This document shows positions 39,126 to 51,419 of a stretch of DNA of 64,000 bases, piece by piece; position 1 is the stretch's first letter; every line of letters begins with the position of its first letter. A program made the position numbers and the translations under genes. Origin of the DNA: Raillietiella orientalis (taxonomy: Eukaryota); assembly GCA_036172245.1 (NCBI GenBank), contig JAYWIR010000001.1:10850001-10914000 (forward strand), read 5' to 3'. The notes beneath the pieces are model-generated. The model had not been told where the DNA came from, did no database searches, and saw nothing but the letters and a program-made list of their open reading frames with translations.

Positions 39126-42100
39126 ATGAGGGAACTTTTTACATGTATAGTTTTAGCGTCGATAACTGTAAGTACATACAAGGTTAAATTATGCCAGTCT
39201 GAAAGTTCTTGCAATGCATTGAGTATTATTAATTTCCATTGGTAGTATTCCTCAAGTTTGAGTAAATGTAGGTTTCCTTTCCTTGAATCCTTTCATATTG
39301 TCAGTTTTTTTTATTTGCAATCAATGGTGAATACAGGGCAAATATCTGAGTATGATTTTAATGTGCATGTGAATGTTTTTATCGGAATTATAACATTGTG
39401 TTAATATTTGGGGCGTCTTTGTTTCAGATTGTCAATTCTCATTGTGTCTGGTATGATATATGCCAAGATGCACAGGGGAAAAAATTACCATGCCCATACA
39501 GTGGGGAGGCAAAAGTGCTCACTGATTCAAATGCTATAGCCAAATTATACAGTACTTGTCAAGAGCTCTTTCCAAGTCTAAAGGGTATTCTAAAGTGCAC
39601 TATGTTTGGTTTTTGGGATTTCATTTTCTAGATGGTGAAAACATTAAAACATGCTGTAGCTCAGGTCAAATCAGTGATCTTTCAACTAATCTCCAGCTTC
39701 CCAAGCTGCTTCTTGATAGATGTCCTTCATGCTGGACCAATTTTAGGCAGAATTTTTGTTGGCTTACATGTTCAGCAAATCAAAGTGATTTCATGGAAAT
39801 CACAAACACTACAAAAGTTAATAGCACACGTAAGGTATCCCATGTTGAATGTTTGCAGCATGAAGATGTTTTAGATGAGGGTATTACCAGATTAAATTAT
39901 TATGTTTCTCGGAGTTATGCTGAGGGAACTTATGATTCGTGCAAAAATATTGTTCTTCCATCAACAAACTCAAAAGTGATGAATGTATTATGTGGTCCAT
40001 ATGGAGCAGATGACTGTTCAGCAGACAAATTATTTTCGTATTTAGGATCCACTAGCAATGGGGTTTCCCCTTTTGATATTGTTTACAATTTTCTTCCCAA
40101 GACCTCAGAATCAATAAGACCTATGAATTTTTCTGCATATTCTTGTGCAGAGGCACCAGAAGGGGTAAACTTTAACACTTGTTTGTGCATGTGGTAGAAG
40201 TTATGTGCTTTTTCAGTTCAAACCTTGTAGTTGTCAGGATTGTGAACAAGCATGTCCTAGTCCGCCAGTTCTTCCACCTGATGAAACTGGTTTCAGTTTT
40301 GGACCATTGTCTTTTATGCAGTTATTAGCTCTGCTAGGCTGTACTGTAAGTGTTCTTGCAGCATTGTTGTGGACCACTTGTCAACACAAAAAAGATTTTG
40401 CAGAAGGTATAAATCATGTCTTTATTTCCTTTTATTTCATTTTCAATATTAAATTATTCAATTTTTAACCAACTGATGCACAATTGCATTCATATGCTTT
40501 CTTATTATTTCTACAGAGACAGGAATGGAACATCTATTAGAGCCAACTGTTTTGGAAAGACTAGGCAATCAATTCGATATTCATCTTCATGTGTTTTTCT
40601 TTCGCTGGGGGAAAAGTCAGTTTTGCAACTTTGGCTGCTGCCCATTTTAACTGAGTTTTAGTGTGTGCCACGTATCCTGTGTTTGTGCTGTGTGTTACCC
40701 TTGCATTAGCTGCAGCATGCAGCTGTGGCATCTTTTATCTACAAGTTACCACAGACCCAATTGAGCTGTGGTCTGCTGAAAGCAGTCGGGCTCGCCAAGA
40801 AAAGCAGTACTTTGATGAACATTTTTCCCCCTTTTACCGCACAGCGCAAGTGATTATTAAAGCTGAGAACCTTTCTTCTGTGAGTTGACACTAGTATTTG
40901 TAGAGTAGAGGTTGTGTATAGTTTATCCATGAAACAGCAAAGGGTAATATGACATTTGGTCCTATATTCCATCAGCAGTTCCTATTGAAATTCTTGGCAT
41001 TCCAAAAACAGATTACAGAAGAAGTAAAGTAATTTGAGGTCTTTTGAGATGATAGATGCTTTGCAGGTATATGGTGATCTTCAAGGAGAGCAAGTTTTTC
41101 TCAAAGATATTTGTTTTCAACCTATGTCACCGGAAAATACCAACTGTACAGTTATGAGTGTGCTGAATTATTATCAGAATGACGTTAGTCAGCTGCAGAA
41201 ATCATCCTATTTAGATCACTTCTTATTTTGTATGCGGTGAGTAATTGTCGCACTGATGTGCGCTAAGTATTTAGCAGGAATCCTACAGCTCCCAAAGATG
41301 ACATAGATGAGTCTCCTTGCATGTCCACATTTGGTGGGCCTGTTTTTCCATTTGTTGCTCTAGGTGGTTTTTTGCCTCCAAATACTAATGTAGATGATGG
41401 CAAGAATTACACTCAAGCAGAAGCTCTCGTTCTCACCTTGCTTCTGAATAATGATAGTGAAGAGCAACAGAAGAAAGCACTAGCTTGGGAGAAAGCATTT
41501 TTGTTATTTGTGGAGAATTACAATAAATTTCAAGCCACAACTTCTAATATGAGCATAGCATATATGGCTGAACGCTCCATACAAGATGAATTAGTGCGTC
41601 AGTCAGAGTCCGATGTGCCTACTGTGCTTATTAGCTATCTCATTATGTTTGTGTATATTGCTATCACACTGGGACAAGCACGAAGTTTCTCCCGTCTTCT
41701 GGTATATAAGTTAACTTTGCATGGATATTATCCAACGAATATTTTCTAGATTGATAGCAAAATTACTCTTGGACTTGGTGGAGTACTTATAGTGTTGTTT
41801 TCTGTTGCTTGTTCAGTTGGAATATGGGGATATGCAGGAATACCAGCTACACTTATTGTCATTGAAGTATGGTTCTGCTAAATCTCAAAATAAATTTTAT
41901 TGCCTTTTATAGGTGATTCCCTTTTTAGTGTTAGCTGTTGGTGTAGACAACATCTTCATTTTGGTTCAGAGATTCCAAGGAACACCACGCCTCCCTTTAG
42001 AAAGCCGGACAGAACATATTGGACGTGCTGTTGGTGAAGTAGCACCATCCATGCTGCTTTCCAGTTTGGCTGAATCCTGTTGTTTTTTTTTGGGTGCGTT

Positions 42101-44045
42101 TTGTTGTGGCAAATTGAAGTTTTATATGCTTGAAATTTTAGGAGCACTGTCCAATATGCCAGCAGTGCGTGCTTTTGCCCTCTATGCTGCAGTTGCTCTT
42201 TTGGTTGATTTTCTCCTGCAGATGACGTGTTTTATTGCACTTCTTTCATTAGATACGTGGAGGCAAGAAAGCAATCACTTAGATGTCTGTTGTTGCATTC
42301 AAGGATCTAAGCTGGATCAATATAAGGAGCAAGAAGGTCTTCTATACAAAATCTTCAAGAACGCATATGTTCCTTTTATTTTAAATCATTATGTTTCAAT
42401 GATAATCTTGGTCATGTTTCTGGTGTGGTTTTGGATAAGTTTCTCATGGCTCTCTGATATCAGTGTTGGTTTGGAAAAGTCCTTATCCATGCCTGAAGAC
42501 TCATATTTACAGAAATATCTTGAGGTAAGATTATTCTTTTTTGGAATTTTGCTTGCAACAGTTTTGTTGTAGTATCTAGCAACATATGTATCGGTTGGAC
42601 CTCCTGTGTATTTTGTTGTAAAGCATGGCCTAAATTTATCCAATGCAAGCATTCAGAACAAGCTGTGTGCTACTTTTGAATGCAACAATAACTCCCTAGT
42701 ATCAGAGCTTTCTGCCTATAGCCATCTAAGCAATCGTACCTATATAGCACATCCAACCAATTCTTGGATAGATGACTATTTTGACTGGTTGCGCATCACT
42801 GATGATATAGGTTCTGTGCATTGTTGTCGAAAGTATCCCAACGGCACTTTCTGCCCATACACAGATCCTGATGGTAAGGCATTAAATAGAAACAATCCTG
42901 TTTCAAAGTGTTATGTCAGCAATTGATTGTGAAGTGTGTGTATCAGCCCCTGATATCCGTCCAGATAAAGAAAAATTTTCGTTATACATTGAAGGGTTTT
43001 TAAAAGATAATCCACGAGAAAGTTGTCCTAAGGGAGGCCATGCTGCATATGGGCAGGTAAAGTTGTTTCTAAGATGCAATGCAGTTTCACTGTTTTTCAG
43101 GCTGTTGAACTGATTCCTCAACAGTCATCCACTGCATTTGATGTAGGAGCCAACTATTTCATGACATTTCACACAATTCTTAGGACATCGGAAGATTTTA
43201 TTAATGCTTTAAAGTGGTCACGGAGAATCAGCTCTCAGATGGAAGAGATTATGGATGAAGGCGCAGACCGAGTATTTCCCTATAGTGTGTTCTATGTTTT
43301 CTATGAACAGTACTTGACCATAGGGACTGATGCCACGCTCAGTCTAACAATCTCTATTGCTGCAGTTTTCATAGTCACCTTTGTTTTGTTGGGCTGTGAT
43401 TTTATCAGTGCCCTAATTATCCTTGTTACCATCCTTATGATTTTGGTGGACTTGGGTGGTGCAATGTATCTTTGGGGAATTTCCCTTAATGCTGTGTCAT
43501 TGGTAAATCTAGTAATGACGGTGGGCATCTCTGTGGAGTTCTGTAATCATGTCACCCGAGCATTTGCACAGTCAATTAAGCCAACTCAGAAAGAGCGGAG
43601 TAAGGAGGCCATGGTCAAAATGGGCTGTTCAGTAAGCTTTAAATTTGACTGATGCTATGTCTAATCATGTTTAGGTGCTCTCTGGAATAACCTTAACTAA
43701 ATTTGGTGGTATCCTAGTATTAGCTTTTGCCAAAAGTCAGATATTCCAAGTATTTTACTTCCGCATGTACCTATGTATGGTACTTATAGGTGCAGCTCAT
43801 GGACTAATATTCCTGCCTATAGCTCTTATGTTCTTTGGTAAGATCAGAGAAAATTAGTTGAATCTTTCATGTTTTGTTGCCTGTTTGCAGGACCTCGAAT
43901 AAATCAAGCACGAAAACTGTTACGTGGGCTCCACACAGGATCAAAAGATTTAGAAGGAGAACAATCTTCAGCTGCAGTGAGTATACCATATCGAGCCAGT
44001 TACTTGAAAAATAAAGAATTCGTTTATTCAATTCTTTGGTGCTAG
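39126..44045 (+). CDS. NPC1: NPC intracellular cholesterol transporter 1, AT-rich paralog, 18 coding exons
   Basis: [132 protein letters not shown]. There are 17 in-frame GT-AG introns, 15 of them 41-53 bp. The stop is at 44043-44045, or 44143-44145 if one further intron is used. Confidence 0.96.
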
Positions 44046-44250
44046 AATGGTTTTTATGTGGCATGCCCTTGCGATAGTTTGTTTAGCAAGTCTCATTGTA
44101 GTAAAGGTTGTCTTCAAATTGATTTCTTTCCAGTTCCTGCCATGAGTCCTGTGGCTTTTGCATCCAAATGAAATTATTTTTGTGGAGCTGCATCATGTAT
44201 CATCAGGCATACCATTCTTATTAATTGTTGCAAACATAAAGAACTTTTAT

Positions 44251-45473
44251 TTATTTCTTTTTTTTGGGAATGGGGGTGCTACTCATCTTGAAGACTGTAC
44301 TAAAAATGGGAGGACACATCATTAAATGTCTGGGATAATGTGTGTAATTACTTACTGGCATGTTGAACAAATTGGACTAAACTTGCAAAATACTAAAATA
44401 ATTTTCTATCTGTAAAAGCATTTCATCTTTGAAACATTCTTACCAGATAGGCATACAGAACAAGCATATCCTACATCTAGCAGCTGATGATGACAAAAGC
44501 AAGCTGCTCTGTTATCAATTTTTTCTACAATTGGCCACACTAATTGGTTTCTTTTCTCTGGAGTTATCAAAAATAACCACTGCAATTAGCATATTAATGG
44601 TTTAACTTCTCAATCACTGATACCAGAAGATAGTGAAGTAAGACTTTTAAATGGGGCACATGGTAATATAAACCCTCAGTGATACTTGCACCCTGCTGGA
44701 GAAGTGTGCAAGTTCCATCCACTTCGCACACATCAATACATAGTCCCTAATAAAGAAATAATAAATGAGGCACATCCATGTGACTCACTTGTCTTTGAGC
44801 ACTGAAGAATACATTCATGAAATGCATGTATTGGCAATTGAAACTGCTATTGCTGGAAGAAATGATGAGAATACGAGACTGCTTTTTATTGATTGAAACC
44901 ATGTCTTGCTCCAGTCTACTGCAAGAATGTAGGCAATATGAATTTTAGCACAATACCTGTGATTGTAGCATAATATTTTTGCTAATCCTCCAGCAATGAG
45001 GGATTCATCTGACACCAGCTTAGCTTTGTTTACCTTACCCAAAAACTGATTTAGATTTTTTTGAACATGCTCATCGAGAAGCTTTAGGTGTTCATGGGGA
45101 CCATCTCCAGTAAAATTCTTTTCTGTACTTGCAGGATATGGGAATATCATCTCCCTTGAAAAGAAAAACAAGCATTTTTGTTTGTTCAACAAGTCAACAT
45201 GCAAAAACAAATGTTTCCTACGAATTTGTTCCTAAGTGTTGTAAGAACCAAATTAAGAACTCAATCTTACGCTGCATTTGGATGACAAGCTGTCAGGGTG
45301 ATTTGATGGTCAGAGTCAATACTTAGGTATGAATTTATAAATGCAACAATACAGTTAAAGTACAGATTCATGGTATCTTTGATATTGGTGTCACAGTTTC
45401 CTGGCCCATAGTTCTTGATTGCTTTCTGAATAACAGAGGGCCCGACATCAACGAGTATGTGAAGAGTTTTCAT
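44251..45473 (-). CDS. GTF2H3: General transcription factor IIH subunit 3 (p34/Tfb4), 7 coding exons
   Basis: The spliced translation includes [93 protein letters not shown] and PKKKK*. The ATG at 45473 directly follows an acceptor, so a short upstream coding exon cannot be excluded. Confidence 0.93.
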
Positions 45474-46704
45474 CTGCAGGGCATAAAGGAGAATAAAATA
45501 CTGGATATTTTCATTACACCAACACATTCAATAGATACAGCATGGTTTTCAAATTGCAATACAAACTAATTAATTCCCCATTCCGTTCACTGTGAAGACA
45601 ACTAAACATAAAACTTTTCATGTTCAGGGGTTCAACATGGGCGGCTGGCAATTTAGGTTTGCATTTTTATCAATTGCCACATATATAATACAGTTTCCGG
45701 TTACACATGTGGGCATCCGCGGTGCCCATGCTTACTTTCGGTAAGGCCCGACTTTTATCTCATTTGGCAATCATCAAAACCACTCCGGGAACGTTGCATC
45801 GTTCTTCCTTGGGTCAAGCTGAGCGCCGAGGATCATCGGCTTCCTTTCGACTCCGTAAGCTTTCCCGTCCAAAACTGCCGGGGAACTTCTGCGTTCCTGC
45901 TGCCGGACCAGCCAGCCAAACTGGTTACCCCTATGCTGCTTCCAAGGAGGCTGTTTTGGAGACAGTCTTACGTCACCTCGGGCAATCGAGTGCCCCACGT
46001 GTGACCACGCAAAGCATCACGAGGAGAGGTGAGCGCGAGGCACAGCATCAACTCTTGCATGGATGGTGCGACGCCTCCCCAGCGGGACCATCCCGAGAAC
46101 GTGCTCTCTATCACTTTCAAAAAAGCTATTTTCTCTGGCATCGTGCAAATGGACAAAAGAAAAAAAAAAGAAAACGCGCACCCCGATGTCGTCTCAGCGT
46201 GTTTTCGAATCGACAAGATTGTTCAAGAGCACAAATCCAGCAAACAGAATGTTCTCGGGAACGTTCGTTTAGAAACGTAAGAGAATCGCTTTCCTTCGTC
46301 TCCTCACGACTTGCCTATCTAGGTGGATTTTCAAACTGAAACGGAAACCCCCTGATTGAATTGCTAATTTTTGAGTAGACTGGTTATGCAGACAAGAGTA
46401 AGACGAAAGAGCAAACGTGTCCAATTTTTCGATTATAAATTTGATTTTGGAATATTACACGACGCTGCAATTTTCTAACTCTATCGATAGCTTGCTTTTG
46501 AACCGAAACATTCTGTGTTCCATCCGTGATTTCTCCATTCCTTCGAACCAGCAATCGGAATCCTTGCATTTCCTCCAGAGAAAACAAAACTTTGAGATCC
46601 GTTGGTTCCATCAGAGAACAACCTACGCAAATGAATATCAACTGTAAGCGTGAAAACACCAAAGAGCTAAGGATCCAAAAAACAAGAGGCTTTGAATGAA
46701 GAAA

Positions 46705-48170
46705 TGTTTCTCACCGGTTATGCCCGGGGCAATTATTATGTTAGTAATAAAAATACATTTTTGTGGTAACCCTAACCACGCGCCTGGTACGCTTGCGCAA
46801 CGTGAGGGAAGAGGAAGCAAAACACAAAGAAAAAATAAACAAACCAACAGGAGAGGGGAATTTATACACGGGGAGGAGTGCTTATCACCCGGGTGGGCCG
46901 GGTCCTTTATTTTAAAAACAGACAAACGTGTAGGACCATCGGCCCTACAACGTCCTAGACAGTTCGGAAACTGACGAGTAACCGGCATGCAGGTCGGCAA
47001 GGTTCGTCTCGGTAGCGGAGGGAGATTGGACAATGAAAACAAAAACACTATTTACAAAAAAATTGGAGGGCCAGGGAAGGGATCACATTCCGCTGGAGGG
47101 CGTCGTCCTCTGCATCCTATTTAGGATGTTGGCAAGTTCCATCCGAGTATGAATCCAGGCGACGCCGTCCGCAGGAAAAGCAGGGCGAAGCAGATGGCCA
47201 GATGGCGTCCCTATCGCGCCGTCCACCTCTCACGCAGCTCAAGACCGCCACAATCCCACATAGGCAGCAACGAGCTGCCAGGGATGAGGCAGGCGAAAGG
47301 GCATTGAGCACGAGGAGGCACTCCTTTATTTTAAAAACAGACAAACGTGTAGGACCATCGGCCCTACAACGTCCTAGACAGTTCGGAAACTGACGAGTAA
47401 CCGGCATGCAGGTCGGCAAGGTTCGTCTCGGTAGCGGAGGGAGATTGGACAATGAAAACAAAAACACTATTTACAAAAAAATTGGAGGGCCAGGGAAGGG
47501 ATCACATTCCGCTGGAGGGCGTCGTCCTCTGCATCCTATTTAGGATGTTGGCAAGTTCCATCCGAGTATGAATCCAGGCGACGCCGTCCGCAGGAAAAGC
47601 AGGGCGAAGCAGATGGCCAGATGGCGTCCCTATCGCGCCGTCCACCTCTCACGCAGCTCAAGACCGCCACAATCCCACATAGGCAGCAACGAGCTGCCAG
47701 GGATGAGGCAGGCGAAAGGGCATTGAGCACGAGGAGGCACTTCATCACGTCCCTGGGATTCCCTGTCGGTGCACCAAGGGCCGTTGCATATTGCATCACA
47801 AGAATCGGAGGGCAACACAGTCAATAAGCAGGTGAGAGAGGGACTCCCGTTTCCCGCACCTATGGGGAGGGGGGAGGGAATCGAGGAAGGGATCACGGTA
47901 CGTTGCCAGGCGTCTCCGGCATCCTGTTCAGGATGCTGGCAAGTTCTGTCCGGATAGTGCCCAGGTGGGGGCACCTCCAGGAGGTCCTCAGGAAGATTCG
48001 CGCCCAGGGAATGGCAGAGACGATGCAGATGACGATCAGATGCAGAGACGTCGGGGGTTTACGACGGCTGTATTCCAGTGACGTCTCCACCAACGGAACC
48101 ACCTATGGACAGCGCACTTTTCAGAAAGTGGCCCACATGGAATCCACATGGAATCATTTCAGGTCGAACG
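46705..48170 (-). mobile_element. Head-to-tail stack of four 3'-end fragments of the L1/Tx1-like family
   Basis: Fragment 48170-47865 has PHLGTIRTELASILNRM, a stop and a short UTR. Fragment 47862-47322 starts at the zinc finger RCGKRESLSHLLIDC. Fragment 47321-46879 is a duplicate carrying the terminal cassette. Fragment 46878-46705 is UTR only, has the terminal cassette and resembles 52695-52780. Confidence 0.8.
46903..47740. repeat. Tandem duplication, 2 x 419 bp (46903-47321 and 47322-47740)
   Basis: The two units look identical by eye, and the ORF track shows duplicated peptides. Confidence 0.95.
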
Positions 48171-50399
48171 GTCTCCCGTAAGAACTGGGTGTAGCGAATT
48201 ATGCCGTGTCAGTGACCGTGACCACACCGAACCACGTGCTTTGTCACCACCGTATTTATTTTTCCGATGTCATAACTCGAACAGAGCTCGGATGCGATTC
48301 AGGGTTTCTCTCAAGCAGCTGCTTCACGTTACGATGGTAAACTGTCCTCTTCCGATTATTAGGATAGGCGAAATCCTCTATCCCCTCTATCTCACCTGTT
48401 AATTCATAAGCAAGGCTGCTGAGAATTTGATGAGATGGAAGATGGCCGCGCCTATATATGACCATCAGCAATCGAGTCCTCGGATACCTGGAACGCACAT
48501 CACCAAATCTGCCGGATTATGAAGGCAAGTTGGAACCTTGGGCTACTTTGTGCCAGGCAGCAGGCCTTCCTTACCTAAGCATTCACCCCATCGAACAGGC
48601 CAGAGAAATGTGTCCGTCCGTCGTCATGGAACGCTGCTCGGACCGTGCTATCCGGTAACCGATACTTGGCTGGAGGAACCCGTGCACCGGTTGCCACTTT
48701 TTGTCGGGCAGCCTCCCCAAGTTGGAACCAGCAGCCCAACTGGTGGTCCACAAGGCGACAGATCAAGGTTGTAAAGGAGACTTTTCTCACGAGAAGAATG
48801 CTCCTGCCCTGAGCAAACGGTAAGGAAGCACAAATCCTCCGAGAGGAACTCTGACATTTTGTCAGGCTTCATGGTTGGGGTGATATCATTCTTCAGGAGG
48901 GGAGGGGGGGGGGGGGAAGGGAAGAGGAGATCACATTTTGGAAACGATAGTTGGCGTGGAAGTGGCTACATCACTAATGAGGATGCTCCTTCGAAGTGTA
49001 CTCGACTTGGCGATGCGTGGGAGCGCGAAGCGTGCGAGGCGATATGCGTGGGTGTTTCCTCTTGAATGTTCACTCTTGGAAGGTGCGAACATGAGGTTAA
49101 GAGCTGCAACCACGTGTGATCAGCGGGCGCATTGCGTGAGTTGAAGGAATTCCATTTTCTGCTAAAAAAAGAAAGTCATAGTTTCCCCAAAGCTCACTCC
49201 AACTTGGGCAAACACACGCCCACGAAAGATATTACGCACCCATCGTTCTGGGGACGACATACGTGGCCGCTATGAATGCACATCACGTGATCGGTAAATC
49301 GGATGTTATTGAATGCTCTGATCTGATCTCCGATATACAATATAATGTGTACAGTAATATGCTTGAGACATGCAGCAAGCCGCATGGATTTACGCATTCC
49401 TTCCGTGTTCGGGAATTCAGTAGTAAGGAAAATTGATGCCAGGCAACAAAAAGGAAAAAAAAAGTGTCTGCTGGTGTCTGCGCGTTTGCATTCTGATCGA
49501 TGATGGAGCTCATATTTGCGAGATGCACAGAAAGGATTCAAAAACCGCGTCAGGTGGGCAATAACTGGGTTGCGTTTGAGGTCGCTCGGAGCAACGGTTT
49601 GCAAGAAGTTCATTTTTCATGCCGTGCTTGGCGTGTTGGCAGCTGAAAAGCATTTCTTCTATGCTTCCACGAGCCTTTCGTATTCGTTCCTCCGTACGGA
49701 AACGCAGCGACTAATTCCATCAGAAGCTTTCGTTTACAGCAAAGCCGATGTTTTTTCATGGAGAGGTCACTAATATGACCGAAGCAAGTGCATTCCATTT
49801 CATATCTGCCCATGGTTCGGCTGTTACAATTTGCACATGTCCTGTGTCCTTAGCCTATGCAGCCCCATACATACGAATTTTGAGAGGTTTGATGGTACCA
49901 ACTGTCCTTCATGTTCCTCAGGAGAATGCTTTGGCTGGCGTCCACTGCGGAGTGTGATTGAGTGCCAGCAGTTGCGGGTCCATGCCTAAGAGTTGAGCTC
50001 GCGTTGATTTCAATGGGTTTTGCGAGTACGTATTATGAAAAGTCAAGTTGGTGAAGTACGGTACGATGCTCCGGTGTAGGCAATGAAGAACTCAGCAACT
50101 CAGCTTTTGACGGGTTGTGAGCCCTTGTTTAGATTATCTGTAAGCGATTTTCTCAATGAAGGGAGCTTGGAGCCACCGGGAAGATGGGACTCACGTCCTT
50201 TCTTGCACTCCATCGCAGCCGCATCAACCGATGTGGGCTCCAGCTGCGTAAGGGTGGCTGCCTTGGTTCGGAAAAATCCAGGATGGATCACCTGTCGCCC
50301 TGCAAACGGTAGTGTTTAATTGCAGGAAACCGTTCGCACGTGGGACAGTGCGGCATGCAACGCACACAACAGGAACGACGGTTCCTGTTTGGGTACTTC

Positions 50400-51150
50400 T
50401 GAAGTAGCACGCTCCGAGAGATCCTGGAGGATCCGAAGAAGCGAGCGTGGTCAGGAAGAACCCCCCTCGCTGCTGCGCTGGCCTCCCTAGTGGAAGATCA
50501 GGACAGCGATGTTGCGGCGAAGTGGGAGGTTAAAGCAACCATCTCCGGAAAGGAGAAGAAGATTGGAGAGTGTTAGACGGGCCAGCTAACAGACGCTGCC
50601 ACCCCGAGTACGCCTCCCAATGGACTTGTGCGCTGGGGCGCGCTGCTCGATGTTCCCATGGAACATCTGAAGTGGCTCCCGGTGCTCATGAACAACTCCA
50701 CCCTCCCCTTAAAATGGCAGGAGTCGGCTCTACTATTGCAGCACTGCGGACTCCCCTGCAACGCCCACCGACACCACTGGACCTGGAGAGCGGTCGATCC
50801 CAACTGTGTGAGGTGAAGGGAACGGGAGTCCCTCCCCCACCTCTTAGTGAATCGTGTTGCCTTTCGGCCCATTTGCTTCCTCTTTGCCGCGGCCATCGGT
50901 ATCCCCTGTGGCAACCCCAGGGACGCATTGAAAGCCCTCTTCGTTGCCGAAGTCCTTCAGCCAGCGGCCTCGATAGCAGCATTGTGCTGCCTTCGCGGGA
51001 TCGTCGCCGCATGGAGCACGGCTACGGGAGGACCACGCGATAAAGATGCCATCCAGGACGCCGCCCAATTCCTGAGGAGGGCGTCGCGGAGGCCCCACCT
51101 GGATCCGTAAATGGAAGAACGAGCCCAGGTCGTCAGGCGAACAGGGAGAA
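50400..51150 (+). mobile_element. Decayed L1/Tx1-like ORF2 C-terminal fragment
   Basis: LPLKWQESALLLQHCGLPCNAHRHHW, DPNCVR, AAAIGIPCGNPRDALK and AALCCLRGIVAAWS...FLRRASRRPHL, with stops and frameshifts. Confidence 0.7.
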
Positions 51151-51419
51151 GTCGTCATTGGCACCGGTCGATGAGACGTGGAACGTGGATGGTCGGACTG
51201 CATCTACCTGTGAATCTCCACGTGCTGGTACTTCAGGTACCTTCGCGTTCCGTTGGTGGACTTCCGCATAGCAGAAGTCCGGTCCGTCCTTCTCGAAAAA
51301 GTACAGATGGCGGTCGGCCCGTTCCCACACGGCAGCTTTTGCTCGCCGCGACTGGCCGAGATGTGAAACTCGCTGGAAGCCGCCCTCCTCCGCTCCCTGC
51401 TTGTAGTTTGCCTCGCTCC

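Noticed and set aside
49600-50300. Exon-like pieces on minus with good splice sites (GRQVIHPGFF...ECKKG|gtgagt)
   Set aside because: The next exon has a stop in every frame, and I could not build a coherent gene or recognise a family.
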